A stretch of DNA of 32,000 nucleotides, from assembly GCF_009734345.1 (NCBI RefSeq), contig NZ_CP032551.1, positions 570,001-602,000 on the forward strand, read 5' to 3'. A program made the position numbers and the translations under genes. This DNA comes from Pseudidiomarina andamanensis. Lineage in GTDB: Bacteria; Pseudomonadota; Gammaproteobacteria; Enterobacterales; Alteromonadaceae. Shown here one piece after another: positions 20,529-29,159 of this stretch (position 1 is the stretch's first letter; each line of letters opens with the position of its first letter). The notes under the pieces are model-generated. The model was not told the DNA's origin and did no database searches. It was given only the letters and a program-made list of their open reading frames with translations.

Positions 20529-21354
20529 GGAGAATAAACGCGTGTCAAATAACTCAAATAATACGGCACCTAAGATAGCTGCTGGAGATTTTAGCCGAGC
20601 GTTACGTGGTGAGATCAAATTAACGGTCGGTCCTTTATTGCAACGCTCGTGGGATATCACGTTGCGCTCACTACCGTGGATGTTGGGCGTTTTTATTGCG
20701 GTGATGCTGCTGAATATGGTGGTCTCTGAAATATTGATGACGTTGTTGCCTTACGATGAACAAGCGATGGCGAACCCAGAAAATATCGACTGGGAACAAG
20801 TCAACCTTGGTAATTTTGCAATTAGCAGCTTGCTACAAGAATTAATTTTAGCGCCATTTGCAGCCATGCTGATTTTTGTCGGTATGTTGAATGCCATTGA
20901 TCAAAAGCCAAGCTTTAGCAAGTTGCGTGGGGTTTTGCAGTTTGCTCCACAACTTATGTTGGTTGCACTATTGAAGTTGATTGTGATGGTGTTGGGGGCT
21001 GGTATTATTCTTGGCGTTTTCCAATTTATCAGTGTTGGCCTCGCCATCTTGCTAGGCGTACTCGTCGCGATTTACCTGCAACTGGTGATGATGTTAGCGG
21101 TACCGCTTATTATTGACCGCCAACTGAGCGCCGTTCGCGCCTTGATTGCGTCGTTTTTGGTGATCAATAAAGCCATGTTCCCCGTACTTGGATTAATGGT
21201 ATTGGTTGGCATTATTGTTGTGATTAGTGCATTACCATTGTTGTTAGGGTTGATATTCACACTACCAATGGCATTTAACGCGATTGGTGTTGTCTATAAC
21301 TCGCTTGTGGGAGTTGAAGGTAATAATCAACTAAATCAAGATATTACGGAGTAA
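20527..21354 (+). CDS. Polytopic inner-membrane protein of unknown function (YciC/UPF0259- or GP-PDE-membrane-domain-like topology)
   Basis: ORF with about 6 long hydrophobic segments. The family was not recognised with confidence. The start is uncertain. TTG 20509 (the ORF-track start) sits inside the TATAAT box and is unlikely. ATG 20527 has no SD. GTG 20542 has GGAG 9 nt upstream. Confidence 0.75.
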   Translation: MENKRVSNNSNNTAPKIAAGDFSRALRGEIKLTVGPLLQRSWDITLRSLPWMLGVFIAVMLLNMVVSEILMTLLPYDEQAMANPENIDWEQVNLGNFAISSLLQELILAPFAAMLIFVGMLNAIDQKPSFSKLRGVLQFAPQLMLVALLKLIVMVLGAGIILGVFQFISVGLAILLGVLVAIYLQLVMMLAVPLIIDRQLSAVRALIASFLVINKAMFPVLGLMVLVGIIVVISALPLLLGLIFTLPMAFNAIGVVYNSLVGVEGNNQLNQDITE

Positions 21355-21356
21355 CT

Positions 21357-22199
21357 ATGCGGTTTTTAGGCTGGGCTGTTGCGGTCGTTTTAGTCGTGTT
21401 GGCAATTTGGCTGCCAACACAGCTTCACGTACAGCCAGAGAGTATTCATGAATCAGAAGCAACAACTGAGTTGCCGCAAGTTGGCACGGTTGTCGACGTT
21501 CCTGATTTCAATCAGTTCGCAGATGTGCGCGATAAGAAACAGGCGTTTTTTAGTTTTCTGGCGCCAATTGTTCAAGTCGAGAACTCTACGATTGAGCAAG
21601 AGCGTGAGCAGATTGTTCGTATTCAAGAACACTTGTTAGCCGGCAATAAATTGTCGAATGCGCAAACCAAAGCGTTTGCGACCATCGCCAAGCGTTACAA
21701 TGTTGAAATTGATACCAACGATTATGAGGCGACGTTTGCTGTGTTGTTGCGTCGTGTTGACGTCGTTCCAGAGGCTTTAGTGCTAGTTCAAGCTGCCAAC
21801 GAATCGGGGTGGGGTACATCGCGTTTTGCTACTGAAGCGTTAAATTTCTTTGGACAGTGGTGTTTCAGAAAAGGCTGTGGTTTAGTACCTGATGCACGCG
21901 TTGATGGCATGAACCATGAAGTGCGTAAATTCTCATCGGTCAATGCATCAGTTCGAAGCTATTTACGTAACATCAATACCCATCCAGCGTATTTTGAGTT
22001 GCGTCAATTGCGTGCTGAAAAACGGGCGTCAGGAGCGGATGTTCGTGCGCTCGATTTAACCCCGGGCTTGCTAAGCTATTCAGAGCGGGGCGAAGAATAC
22101 ATTCACGAATTAAATTCAATGATACGTGTTAATCGCCCAATCATCTTTGATGTGCTGGAGCCTAACCCGAATCCTAACTTAAATTCAGCACCCGAATAA
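21357..22199 (+). CDS. bax: Bax-like protein with mannosyl-glycoprotein endo-beta-N-acetylglucosaminidase (FlgJ-type) domain, N-terminal membrane anchor
   Basis: 280 aa with N-terminal TM segment [17 protein letters not shown]. The glucosaminidase motif [20 protein letters not shown] is as in E. coli Bax. GGAG lies 5 nt before the ATG, and the start is 2 nt after the upstream stop. Confidence 0.85.
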   Translation: MRFLGWAVAVVLVVLAIWLPTQLHVQPESIHESEATTELPQVGTVVDVPDFNQFADVRDKKQAFFSFLAPIVQVENSTIEQEREQIVRIQEHLLAGNKLSNAQTKAFATIAKRYNVEIDTNDYEATFAVLLRRVDVVPEALVLVQAANESGWGTSRFATEALNFFGQWCFRKGCGLVPDARVDGMNHEVRKFSSVNASVRSYLRNINTHPAYFELRQLRAEKRASGADVRALDLTPGLLSYSERGEEYIHELNSMIRVNRPIIFDVLEPNPNPNLNSAPE

Positions 22200-23127
22200 C
22201 CCCATTACTGCCGGCTTGGTCTTGGTCGGCAGCATCATCTTCCTCGTCGCGATAATTCAGAAAATCAGTTGGTGCACTATGGTCAAACGCTTGGTCACCA
22301 TCCGGATTTTCTTCACCAGTTGCATGGATATTTTTAAAATCGTACAGCTCAGGGTCAGCTAAGTGCGATGGCACAATATTTTGTAGCGCCGTAAACATAC
22401 TCTCAATGCGACCCGGATACTGGCGATCCCACTGCTTTAATAAATCTTTGATGACTTTACGCTGCAGATTTTCCTGCGAACCACACAAGTTGCATGGAAT
22501 GATCGGAAAATTCATGTGCTCTGCATATTTGGCGATATCTTTTTCACGCGTGTAGGCAAGAGGGCGGATCACGACGTGCTTGCCATTGTCGCTGACTAAT
22601 TTTGGTGGCATGGATTTCATTTTGCCGCCGTAAAACATATTCAGCATGAGTGTTTCGAGCATGTCATCACGATGGTGACCAAGAGCAATTTTTGTCGCTC
22701 CGAGCTCTTCAGCGACACGATACAGAATACCACGACGTAAACGCGAACAGAGCGAGCAGGTGGTTTTTCCTTCAGGAATTTTCTCTTTCACGATGCTGTA
22801 GGTGTCTTCTTCTATAATGCGAAAATCAACACCTTCAGCGGTTAAATACTCAGGCAAAATATGTTCAGGGAAGCCTGGCTGTTTCTGATCTAAATTGACC
22901 GCAACAATCTCGAATTTTACCGGTGCAATGCGTTGTAAGAATCGCAAAATATCTAGCAACGTATAACTATCTTTACCACCAGACAAACACACCATGATTT
23001 TGTCGCCATCTTCAATCATATTGAAATCTTGAATGGCTTCGCCGACCGTGCGACGGATGCGTTTTTGTAACTTATTAAAGTTGTACTGTTGTTTCTTGGC
23101 TTGTGCCGACGTTGCTGCTGCGCTCAT
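22174..23127 (-). CDS. ttcA: tRNA 2-thiocytidine(32) synthetase TtcA
   Basis: Collinear with E. coli TtcA ([14 protein letters not shown]-loop [10 protein letters not shown], Fe-S cysteines [10 protein letters not shown] and CNLCGSQ). The start is ATG 23127 (AGGTG upstream) or GTG 23133. The 3' end overlaps the bax 3' end by 26 nt. Confidence 0.95.
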   Translation of the reverse strand: MSAAATSAQAKKQQYNFNKLQKRIRRTVGEAIQDFNMIEDGDKIMVCLSGGKDSYTLLDILRFLQRIAPVKFEIVAVNLDQKQPGFPEHILPEYLTAEGVDFRIIEEDTYSIVKEKIPEGKTTCSLCSRLRRGILYRVAEELGATKIALGHHRDDMLETLMLNMFYGGKMKSMPPKLVSDNGKHVVIRPLAYTREKDIAKYAEHMNFPIIPCNLCGSQENLQRKVIKDLLKQWDRQYPGRIESMFTALQNIVPSHLADPELYDFKNIHATGEENPDGDQAFDHSAPTDFLNYRDEEDDAADQDQAGSNGVIRVLNLS

Positions 23128-23172
23128 GAACACCTAACTACTTAATCGTTGATTCGAGAAAAACGGCCGCGA

Positions 23173-24102
23173 TTATAACTTAATTGGCGAAACAAATCCC
23201 TCAGGTTTTACGGCCAATAAATCACAATTAATCGATTCAATTACATGTTCGGCGGTATTGCCCAACAACGCAGCTGAAAATCCAGTTCGCCCAATTGTTC
23301 CTAGTACAACCAATTCAGCATCGAGTTCGTCAGCGAGTTCTGGAATGACCTGCTCAGGCAGCCCTTCAAGTACATGTTGTTGGGTTGGTGGAATATGATA
23401 GGGCATCGCGTGCTCTGCTAACGCAATCTTATGATTTTCTTCGATGGTTTCGCGATAATTCGAGGTGTCGAATTCGGGGATTTCAGCGGCAATGGTAATG
23501 GGTGCACCCGGAAAAGCGTTTACTAAATGCACTTCGCTTTGCAAGCAGCTGGCAAAATTAATCGCCGCTTCAGTTACCTGACGATTTAGTGAACGGTGGT
23601 GGTCATGTTCACCCGTTGTATGAATCGCAGCAAGAATTTTTCCATGTTCCGGCCAATCATGCTCTTTTACTAATAAAACTTTACACGGTGCCTTGCGCAA
23701 TAGGTGCCAGTCGGTTGGCGTAAACAGCAGGGCTGCTAAGCCTTCGCGTTCATGCGTTGCTTTGACAATAATGTCGTAATCGCCTTCCATTGCGGTTTCG
23801 ATAATGGCTTCAAATGGACGGTTGTGCCAGAGTACTTTCACGTCGAAATTGATATCGCGTGTGTTGTAATCTTCAAGGAGATCATTAATCCAAACGTTAC
23901 GATCATTGATCAAACTGTCACGCATGGTATTGCGTTCATCGGCTGCCAACATGGTCGTCATTTCATACGAAAAATCATAAATGGAAATCATGAAGGTAAC
24001 ATGTGCACCGCTGATACGCGCGAGGTGAAGAGCGCGATTCAAGGCCTTTTGCTGCTGCCGGTCGGCGTCTAGAACCGCTAGAATTTTCTTTACGCAAGTC
24101 AT
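23173..24102 (-). CDS. uspE: Universal stress protein E (tandem USP domains)
   Basis: Collinear with E. coli UspE (YDFSYEMTTML, WHNRPFEAII, FTPTDWHLLRK, LGTIGRTGFSAALLGNTAEHVI). ATG 24102 with GAGGTG 4 nt upstream is preferred over the ORF-track TTG 24114. Confidence 0.94.
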   Translation of the reverse strand: MTCVKKILAVLDADRQQQKALNRALHLARISGAHVTFMISIYDFSYEMTTMLAADERNTMRDSLINDRNVWINDLLEDYNTRDINFDVKVLWHNRPFEAIIETAMEGDYDIIVKATHEREGLAALLFTPTDWHLLRKAPCKVLLVKEHDWPEHGKILAAIHTTGEHDHHRSLNRQVTEAAINFASCLQSEVHLVNAFPGAPITIAAEIPEFDTSNYRETIEENHKIALAEHAMPYHIPPTQQHVLEGLPEQVIPELADELDAELVVLGTIGRTGFSAALLGNTAEHVIESINCDLLAVKPEGFVSPIKL

Positions 24103-24116
24103 AAAACACCTCAACT

Positions 24117-24134
24117 GTCATTAACGTTCATGAC
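24117..24134. promoter_or_regulatory. 18-bp near-perfect palindrome just upstream of uspE, candidate operator
   Basis: GTCATTAACGTTCATGAC is 16/18 self-complementary (GTCAT-t-AACGTT-c-ATGAC). It lies 15-32 nt upstream of the uspE ATG and 39-56 nt downstream of the stop of the preceding gene. Confidence 0.35.
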
Positions 24135-24172
24135 TTTGAGTCTAGCTAAACTTTTGCGAAACAGCCAAGTGA

Positions 24173-24844
24173 TTAAAGTAGTTGTAATTGACGTAAGGCA
24201 ATAATTAACGTCCACAGACCGTAGACGATCATTAACGCCCCCATCAGTTGACGAAAGCCTTTTGATTTAAGAAGTTGCTGCAGATTATGGCTAAGCCAGC
24301 CAAATGCGAACATAGCGGGGAGGGTACCAAGCCCAAATGTGGCCATATATAAGCCACCTTGCGTGGCTGAACCGCTAATTGCCGCCCAACTTAAGGCGCT
24401 ATACACCAACCCGCACGGCAGCCATCCCCATAACATACCGGCTCCAAACAGACTGGCATAACTGGAATGACGTTGGCGAAATCGTGCTGCGAGTGGTTGT
24501 AGACGATGCCATAATGGTTGTCCTAAACGCTCAAGATAGCGTAAGCCAAACCACCACTGCCCAAGATACAAGCCAAAAGCAACTAAAATGAAAGCTGCGA
24601 CTATGCGCAGGCCAATTAGCCCTTGATCAGCTAATGCGGCAATACTTCCAACCGCCGCGCCGATGGCTATACCAGCTATGGTATAGGAAGTAATGCGGCC
24701 GAGATTATAGATAAAAAGCTTTGATTTATTAATCTGACCCGCGAAGGCGCCGGCGATACCACCACACATCATGATGCAGTGGCCAGCTCCGGCTAAGCCC
24801 ATTAGGAATGCGGCAAACCAATCAACGTTCATCAGTGTGCTCAT
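24173..24844 (-). CDS. DsbD_2 / TauE-SafE-like membrane protein commonly found downstream of ccoS
   Basis: Hydrophobic protein with about 6-7 TM segments and the GHCIMMCGG motif. The ORF opens at 24907, but ATG 24844 or ATG 24832 (23- or 11-nt overlap with ccoS) are the more plausible starts. Confidence 0.8.
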   Translation of the reverse strand: MSTLMNVDWFAAFLMGLAGAGHCIMMCGGIAGAFAGQINKSKLFIYNLGRITSYTIAGIAIGAAVGSIAALADQGLIGLRIVAAFILVAFGLYLGQWWFGLRYLERLGQPLWHRLQPLAARFRQRHSSYASLFGAGMLWGWLPCGLVYSALSWAAISGSATQGGLYMATFGLGTLPAMFAFGWLSHNLQQLLKSKGFRQLMGALMIVYGLWTLIIALRQLQLL

Positions 24845-25034
24845 TGGAATCGTCGTCGGATGCGCTTGTTTTATCGGAGTGCGGTTTGGTTGGAGCTTGA
24901 TCATCAAGCAAAATATTCATTCCTTGCCGTTCAAGATCTTCAAATTGATCACTTCTAACGGCGAAGAAAAATACCGCAACTGCAATCACAACAAATAAAA
25001 GAGCAACTGGAATCAAAACATATAAGCTATCCAT
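24822..25034 (-). CDS. ccoS: cbb3-type cytochrome oxidase assembly protein CcoS (FixS)
   Basis: 70 aa with a single TM segment. The N-terminus MDSLYVLIPVALLFV..FFFAVRSDQFEDLE is typical of CcoS. Its ATG overlaps the ccoI stop by 1 nt. Confidence 0.9.
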   Translation of the reverse strand: MDSLYVLIPVALLFVVIAVAVFFFAVRSDQFEDLERQGMNILLDDQAPTKPHSDKTSASDDDSNEHTDER

Positions 25035-27463
25035 TATCGGTATAACCTCAGCGAGTTGAGTAACACGATCAAGGAACTAAGCGACATGCCAATGGCGGCA
25101 ACATAAGGGGTGACGAAACCCGCCATCGCAACTGGCAGAATACCAATGTTATAGATCAATGCCCACAGGATATTTTGCCGTAAAATATTGCGTGCCTTGT
25201 AGGTGATCTCTCTAAATTGGCTGAGCGCACTAAATTGATTGCGAAGCAGCACAACGTCGGCCGCTGTTCGTGCCAAATCGGCGGCATGTCCGAACGTAAT
25301 CGAGACATCTGCCTGTGCTAATACTGGCCCATCATTTAAGCCATCACCAATCATCGCAACGGGCCCTTCGGCCTGTGCAGCTGACAGTTTATCTAGCTTA
25401 TCGGCCGGCAATAAATTCGCAAAAACTTGGCTGATACCCAGCTCAGACGCTACCGGTTGAGCAAGCTCTAACCGATCGCCCGTAATCATAATAACGTCAA
25501 TACCTGCCGCTTGCATTGCGATAACGGTCGCTTTGGTATCGTCACGCAGTTTATCGCCAACATGCAATTCAGCGAGGACAGCCTCTGATGTGGCGAGAAA
25601 GATTTGCGCGCTAGCTAATAATGGAGTGAAAGTAGGGTGCCACTGTTGAATATACCGCAGGCTACCAATTCGAATGCTCAAATCACGATCAGCGCACGGC
25701 CAATTTCCCTCAAGCCCAAAGCCTGCTTTATTGACGACATTGGTGACGTCTATTCGCTCGTGGGTTAATTGGCGCAGTGGCGCTGCAAGTGGATGCTCAG
25801 AATGACTTTCTAGCGCTTGCACTAAGGCTTTCACGGTGAATTCATCAATGTGCTGTGTATAAACGTGTAGTTGCTGAATTTCAAATTCACCGGTTGTTAA
25901 CGTGCCGGTCTTATCGACAAACACGGTTTTAACCTCCGGAAGTACCTGCAAGACGTCTGCATTGCGTAGCAGAATTCCGGATTTATTCAACTTATGAATT
26001 GCCCCTGTCACTGCGGTTGGGGCCGCCAAGGCAAGGGCGCATGGGCAGGTTGCAACAAGTACTGACAAGGTTACCCAGAATGCTTCGGCTGGGTCGATAA
26101 CCGTCCAAATTAAGAATGTTGCGGCAGCCAACATCAGAATGCGAACAACAAATTTACTTGCCATTCGTTCGGCTACTCGCGCAAGCTTTGGTTTCCGTGA
26201 TAAGGCTAAGTCTTGCAGCTCAATAATGCTTGCTAGCACGGTTTCTTGTTGGATAGCCGATACTTTGATGAGAATCGCTTGCTGTTGATTCAGGCTGCCG
26301 GCTAAAACCGTATCGTGCTGATGTTTATTCACCAAACGGCTTTCGCCGGTGAGAATACTTTCATTCACGCTAGCGCTTTGGCTTAACAGCTCGCCGTCAG
26401 CAGGAATGGTCGTACCTGGAAGCACTTGAATGACATCACCTAGCTGTAAACGATTCACTGCTACCGATTCATAGTCACCGCTCGCGGTTTGCCGTTGTGC
26501 TACAGCCGGCAGCAATTTAACTAAGTTTGAAGCGGCGCTGACTGCTTTTTGGCGGGCAAGCAACTCGAAATAGCGCCCCACTAATAAAAAGAAGGTGAAC
26601 ATGGCAACCGATTCAAAATACACCTCGCCTTCATTTATGAACGTTGCGTAGGCACTCGCGCCATACGCTGATAATAAGGCAAAGGTAACGGGAACATCCA
26701 TATTTGGACGTCCTGCTTGAATACTTCGAATAGCGCTAATGTAGAAGGGTTGAGCGCTATACAACAGCACTGGGGTTGCCATAAACAAGCTAATCCACCA
26801 CATAAACTGCCGTAATTCCGCATCGAGGTCACTAACCACGCCAAAATATAAACCGATGGCAAGCATCATGACTTGCATGGTTGCTAAACCAGCAACACCT
26901 AAGCGCGTGACGAAATAGCGACGGCGCTGCTTAAATTCTTGTTCTTGATTCGCCGCCTGAAACGGTAGCGCCCGATAGCCAAGTTCGGCAATGGCCTGCA
27001 ATAGTTTACTGAGTTTCACCGAATCTGGTTGCCAACGTATCGTAACGCGCTCGGTGGTTGCGTTCACTTGAACTAGCTGTACACCCGGTAGTCGATTGAG
27101 GTGCTGCTCAATCAGCCATGCGCAGGCTGAACAAGTCATACCTTCAATAGAAAGATTAATACTGCGCAATCCGTCCTCTGAACGTGTAAATTGCTGCTGC
27201 AACTCTTCATCGTCATAGGCGGTTAATTGTTTTAACTCTTCAGGTACAAGTGGTACCTGCAGCGGATTGCTGGTATCTCGATATTGATAAAAGTGCAGAA
27301 GGTTTTGCTGCGCAATGGTTTCGGCGACAGCTTGGCAGCCATAACAGCACACTGAATAGTTCGTGTTATTCAGTGTGACACCGTAACCACCATCGTCAGG
27401 TAGCGGCTGAAGACAATGGAAACACAAACCATCAGGTACGTTAGGTAACGTCGCGCTCGTCAT
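25034..27463 (-). CDS. ccoI: Copper-translocating P1B-type ATPase CcoI (FixI)
   Basis: 809 aa with an N-terminal Cys-rich ATPase-associated region (CFHC..CCYGC), HMA domain GMTCSACAW, transmembrane CPC motif, DKTGTLT phosphorylation site and the GDGLNDGP hinge. Confidence 0.95.
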   Translation of the reverse strand: MTSATLPNVPDGLCFHCLQPLPDDGGYGVTLNNTNYSVCCYGCQAVAETIAQQNLLHFYQYRDTSNPLQVPLVPEELKQLTAYDDEELQQQFTRSEDGLRSINLSIEGMTCSACAWLIEQHLNRLPGVQLVQVNATTERVTIRWQPDSVKLSKLLQAIAELGYRALPFQAANQEQEFKQRRRYFVTRLGVAGLATMQVMMLAIGLYFGVVSDLDAELRQFMWWISLFMATPVLLYSAQPFYISAIRSIQAGRPNMDVPVTFALLSAYGASAYATFINEGEVYFESVAMFTFFLLVGRYFELLARQKAVSAASNLVKLLPAVAQRQTASGDYESVAVNRLQLGDVIQVLPGTTIPADGELLSQSASVNESILTGESRLVNKHQHDTVLAGSLNQQQAILIKVSAIQQETVLASIIELQDLALSRKPKLARVAERMASKFVVRILMLAAATFLIWTVIDPAEAFWVTLSVLVATCPCALALAAPTAVTGAIHKLNKSGILLRNADVLQVLPEVKTVFVDKTGTLTTGEFEIQQLHVYTQHIDEFTVKALVQALESHSEHPLAAPLRQLTHERIDVTNVVNKAGFGLEGNWPCADRDLSIRIGSLRYIQQWHPTFTPLLASAQIFLATSEAVLAELHVGDKLRDDTKATVIAMQAAGIDVIMITGDRLELAQPVASELGISQVFANLLPADKLDKLSAAQAEGPVAMIGDGLNDGPVLAQADVSITFGHAADLARTAADVVLLRNQFSALSQFREITYKARNILRQNILWALIYNIGILPVAMAGFVTPYVAAIGMSLSSLIVLLNSLRLYR

Positions 27464-27467
27464 TAAT

Positions 27468-27965
27468 TTAAACGCCGTAAGTTAACGGCTTGATAGCGAG
27501 CTCTCGATAGGCAGGAAGGTGAACTTGCTGCGTTACCCGCCAGCTACCATCGAATGGCGTAATGGTGATGGTCCATTTACCTTCTTCGTTAGCAGGAAGA
27601 CGACCGCGGTAGACACCTTGTGCATCTGCGGTAAGGGTTACGGTGAAATCTTTCTCGGCAAGGGTGGTGTGATAAAAGTTAACTTTCAATGCACTAAATT
27701 GTGATGGTTTACCACTCGTGTAGGCGAGGCTAAAGGCATCATCAGTTTGCTTAAACGTAAACTCAATGTTCAGCGCTTGTGCGGCTTGAACCTTTTCGAC
27801 CTGAGCGTTAATACCACGTCCTTTTTTATAATAATCATCAACCACCATCGGGTTGTCACCATAACCACTGGCTATGGTTAATGTAATGGTCATAGCGATG
27901 ACAACGGAAAATGGGATGAGCATTAAGAACCACGGCCAAAACTGCTTATACCAAGGCTTTTGCAT
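27468..27965 (-). CDS. ccoH: cbb3 oxidase assembly protein CcoH (FixH family)
   Basis: The MQKPWYKQFWPWFLM N-terminus with one TM segment is typical of FixH. ATG 27965 (GAGG about 10 nt upstream) is preferred over the ORF-track TTG 27974. A 4-nt gap separates it from ccoI. Confidence 0.88.
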   Translation of the reverse strand: MQKPWYKQFWPWFLMLIPFSVVIAMTITLTIASGYGDNPMVVDDYYKKGRGINAQVEKVQAAQALNIEFTFKQTDDAFSLAYTSGKPSQFSALKVNFYHTTLAEKDFTVTLTADAQGVYRGRLPANEEGKWTITITPFDGSWRVTQQVHLPAYRELAIKPLTYGV

Positions 27966-27990
27966 ACGACACAAACCTCAACTTATTCAT

Positions 27991-28024
27991 TAAAATAAAA
28001 AACCCCGCAGGAGCGGGGCTTTTC
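27991..28024 (-). terminator. Rho-independent terminator after ccoP
   Basis: On the minus strand: GCCCCGC-TCCT-GCGGGG followed by TTTTTTATTTT. On the plus strand this is CCCCGC 28003-28008, loop AGGA, GCGGGG 28013-18, with an A-run at 27992-28002. It starts 8 nt after the ccoP stop. Confidence 0.85.
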
Positions 28025-28026
28025 GA

Positions 28027-28974
28027 TTAGTCCTGCGATAGTCCGTAAACGTACGAGCTAATAACATGGATTTTATCCTCTCCGAGAATATCTTTCCATG
28101 CCGGCATGACACCGTTACGACCGTTGCGTAAAGTTTCTTCGATAGCTTCTTGCGAACCGCCATATAACCAAATGTTATCGGTTAAGTTTGGTGCGCCAAG
28201 AGCTTGATTACCTTTGGCGTCAGCGCCATGACAAGCTGAACAAACAGCAAAGTTTGCTTGGCCTGCTTTTGCTAACTCAGGGTCAACTTTACGACCACTT
28301 AAACTCATAACGTAGGTTGCAAGCTCAGTAATTTGTTGATCGTTAAACTGAGTTTGTGCAGGCATAACGCCGTTACGACCAGCAATCAAAGTCTGTTTAA
28401 TGGCTTGTGGGCTGCCACCGTATAACCAATCGTTGTCGGTTAGGTTAGGGAAGCCTTTACCGCCCATTGCGTTCGAACCGTGGCACTGAGCACAGTTCTG
28501 AATAAACAAACGTTGACCGATTTTTACAGCTTCCGGATCTTGTGCCAAATCTTCAATTGAACGCTCTGATAAAGCAGCAAATACCGGACCGAATTTTTCT
28601 TCGGCTTGGTCGATTTGACGATCATATTCAACAATCAAACCAGCTTCGCGAGCTGCTTCAGTTGCTTGTTTGGATTCTTCTAATGAACGAACATCTTGGT
28701 TCGAGCTACTCCAACCAAGTAGGCCGGCAAAGTTACCCAAGCCAGGATACAGCGCTAAATAGAGGAAACCCCATACAATTGTGATCCAGAATAAAATGGT
28801 CCACCATTTCGGCATTGGGTTGTTAATTTCCACGATACCGTCAAATTCGTGGTCCATTAATTCGCCTTCTTTAATACCAGTGTAGTTACTCATGTTCCAG
28901 CGTAATAGCCAGATAATAACCACCAAGAAGGCTAAAGTTAGGACAATAATCCATGCACTCCAGAAGCTACTCAT
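28027..28974 (-). CDS. ccoP: cbb3-type cytochrome c oxidase subunit III (diheme CcoP)
   Basis: 315 aa with an N-terminal TM region and two CXXCH haem-binding sites (CAQCH, CSACH), each followed by the NGVMP motif. Confidence 0.96.
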   Translation of the reverse strand: MSSFWSAWIIVLTLAFLVVIIWLLRWNMSNYTGIKEGELMDHEFDGIVEINNPMPKWWTILFWITIVWGFLYLALYPGLGNFAGLLGWSSSNQDVRSLEESKQATEAAREAGLIVEYDRQIDQAEEKFGPVFAALSERSIEDLAQDPEAVKIGQRLFIQNCAQCHGSNAMGGKGFPNLTDNDWLYGGSPQAIKQTLIAGRNGVMPAQTQFNDQQITELATYVMSLSGRKVDPELAKAGQANFAVCSACHGADAKGNQALGAPNLTDNIWLYGGSQEAIEETLRNGRNGVMPAWKDILGEDKIHVISSYVYGLSQD

Positions 28975-29158
28975 TATTCTTCGACTCCTGTTTGGTACTG
29001 TCGTTGGTTACCGACGATTTCTCATCTTCGTCAAAAATGGAGTTGGCGGCTTCATCAAAGTTTTTCTTTTGACCTTTGCTGTAAGCCCACCAAACCACAC
29101 CAATAAACAGTACGAAAACTAATACGGTGTAAAAACTACGCCAAGTGATGTAATCCAT
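28967..29158 (-). CDS. ccoQ: cbb3-type cytochrome c oxidase subunit CcoQ
   Basis: 63 aa with a single TM segment (FYTVLVFVLFIGVVWWAY). It sits between ccoO and ccoP and overlaps the ccoP start by 8 nt. Confidence 0.88.
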   Translation of the reverse strand: MDYITWRSFYTVLVFVLFIGVVWWAYSKGQKKNFDEAANSIFDEDEKSSVTNDSTKQESKNNE

Positions 29159-29159
29159 C

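Noticed and set aside
23134-23172. CGCGGCCG followed by TTTTT (minus strand) after the uspE stop, as a possible terminator.
   Set aside because: The GC element is a contiguous palindrome with no loop, so it cannot form a stable hairpin. The 39-nt spacer more likely just carries the ttcA ribosome-binding site.
27975-28026. Absence of ccoG (fixG) between ccoP and ccoH.
   Set aside because: In Vibrio- and Shewanella-type genomes ccoG is, as far as I recall, encoded elsewhere. The spacer is fully accounted for by a clean intrinsic terminator and the ccoH RBS.
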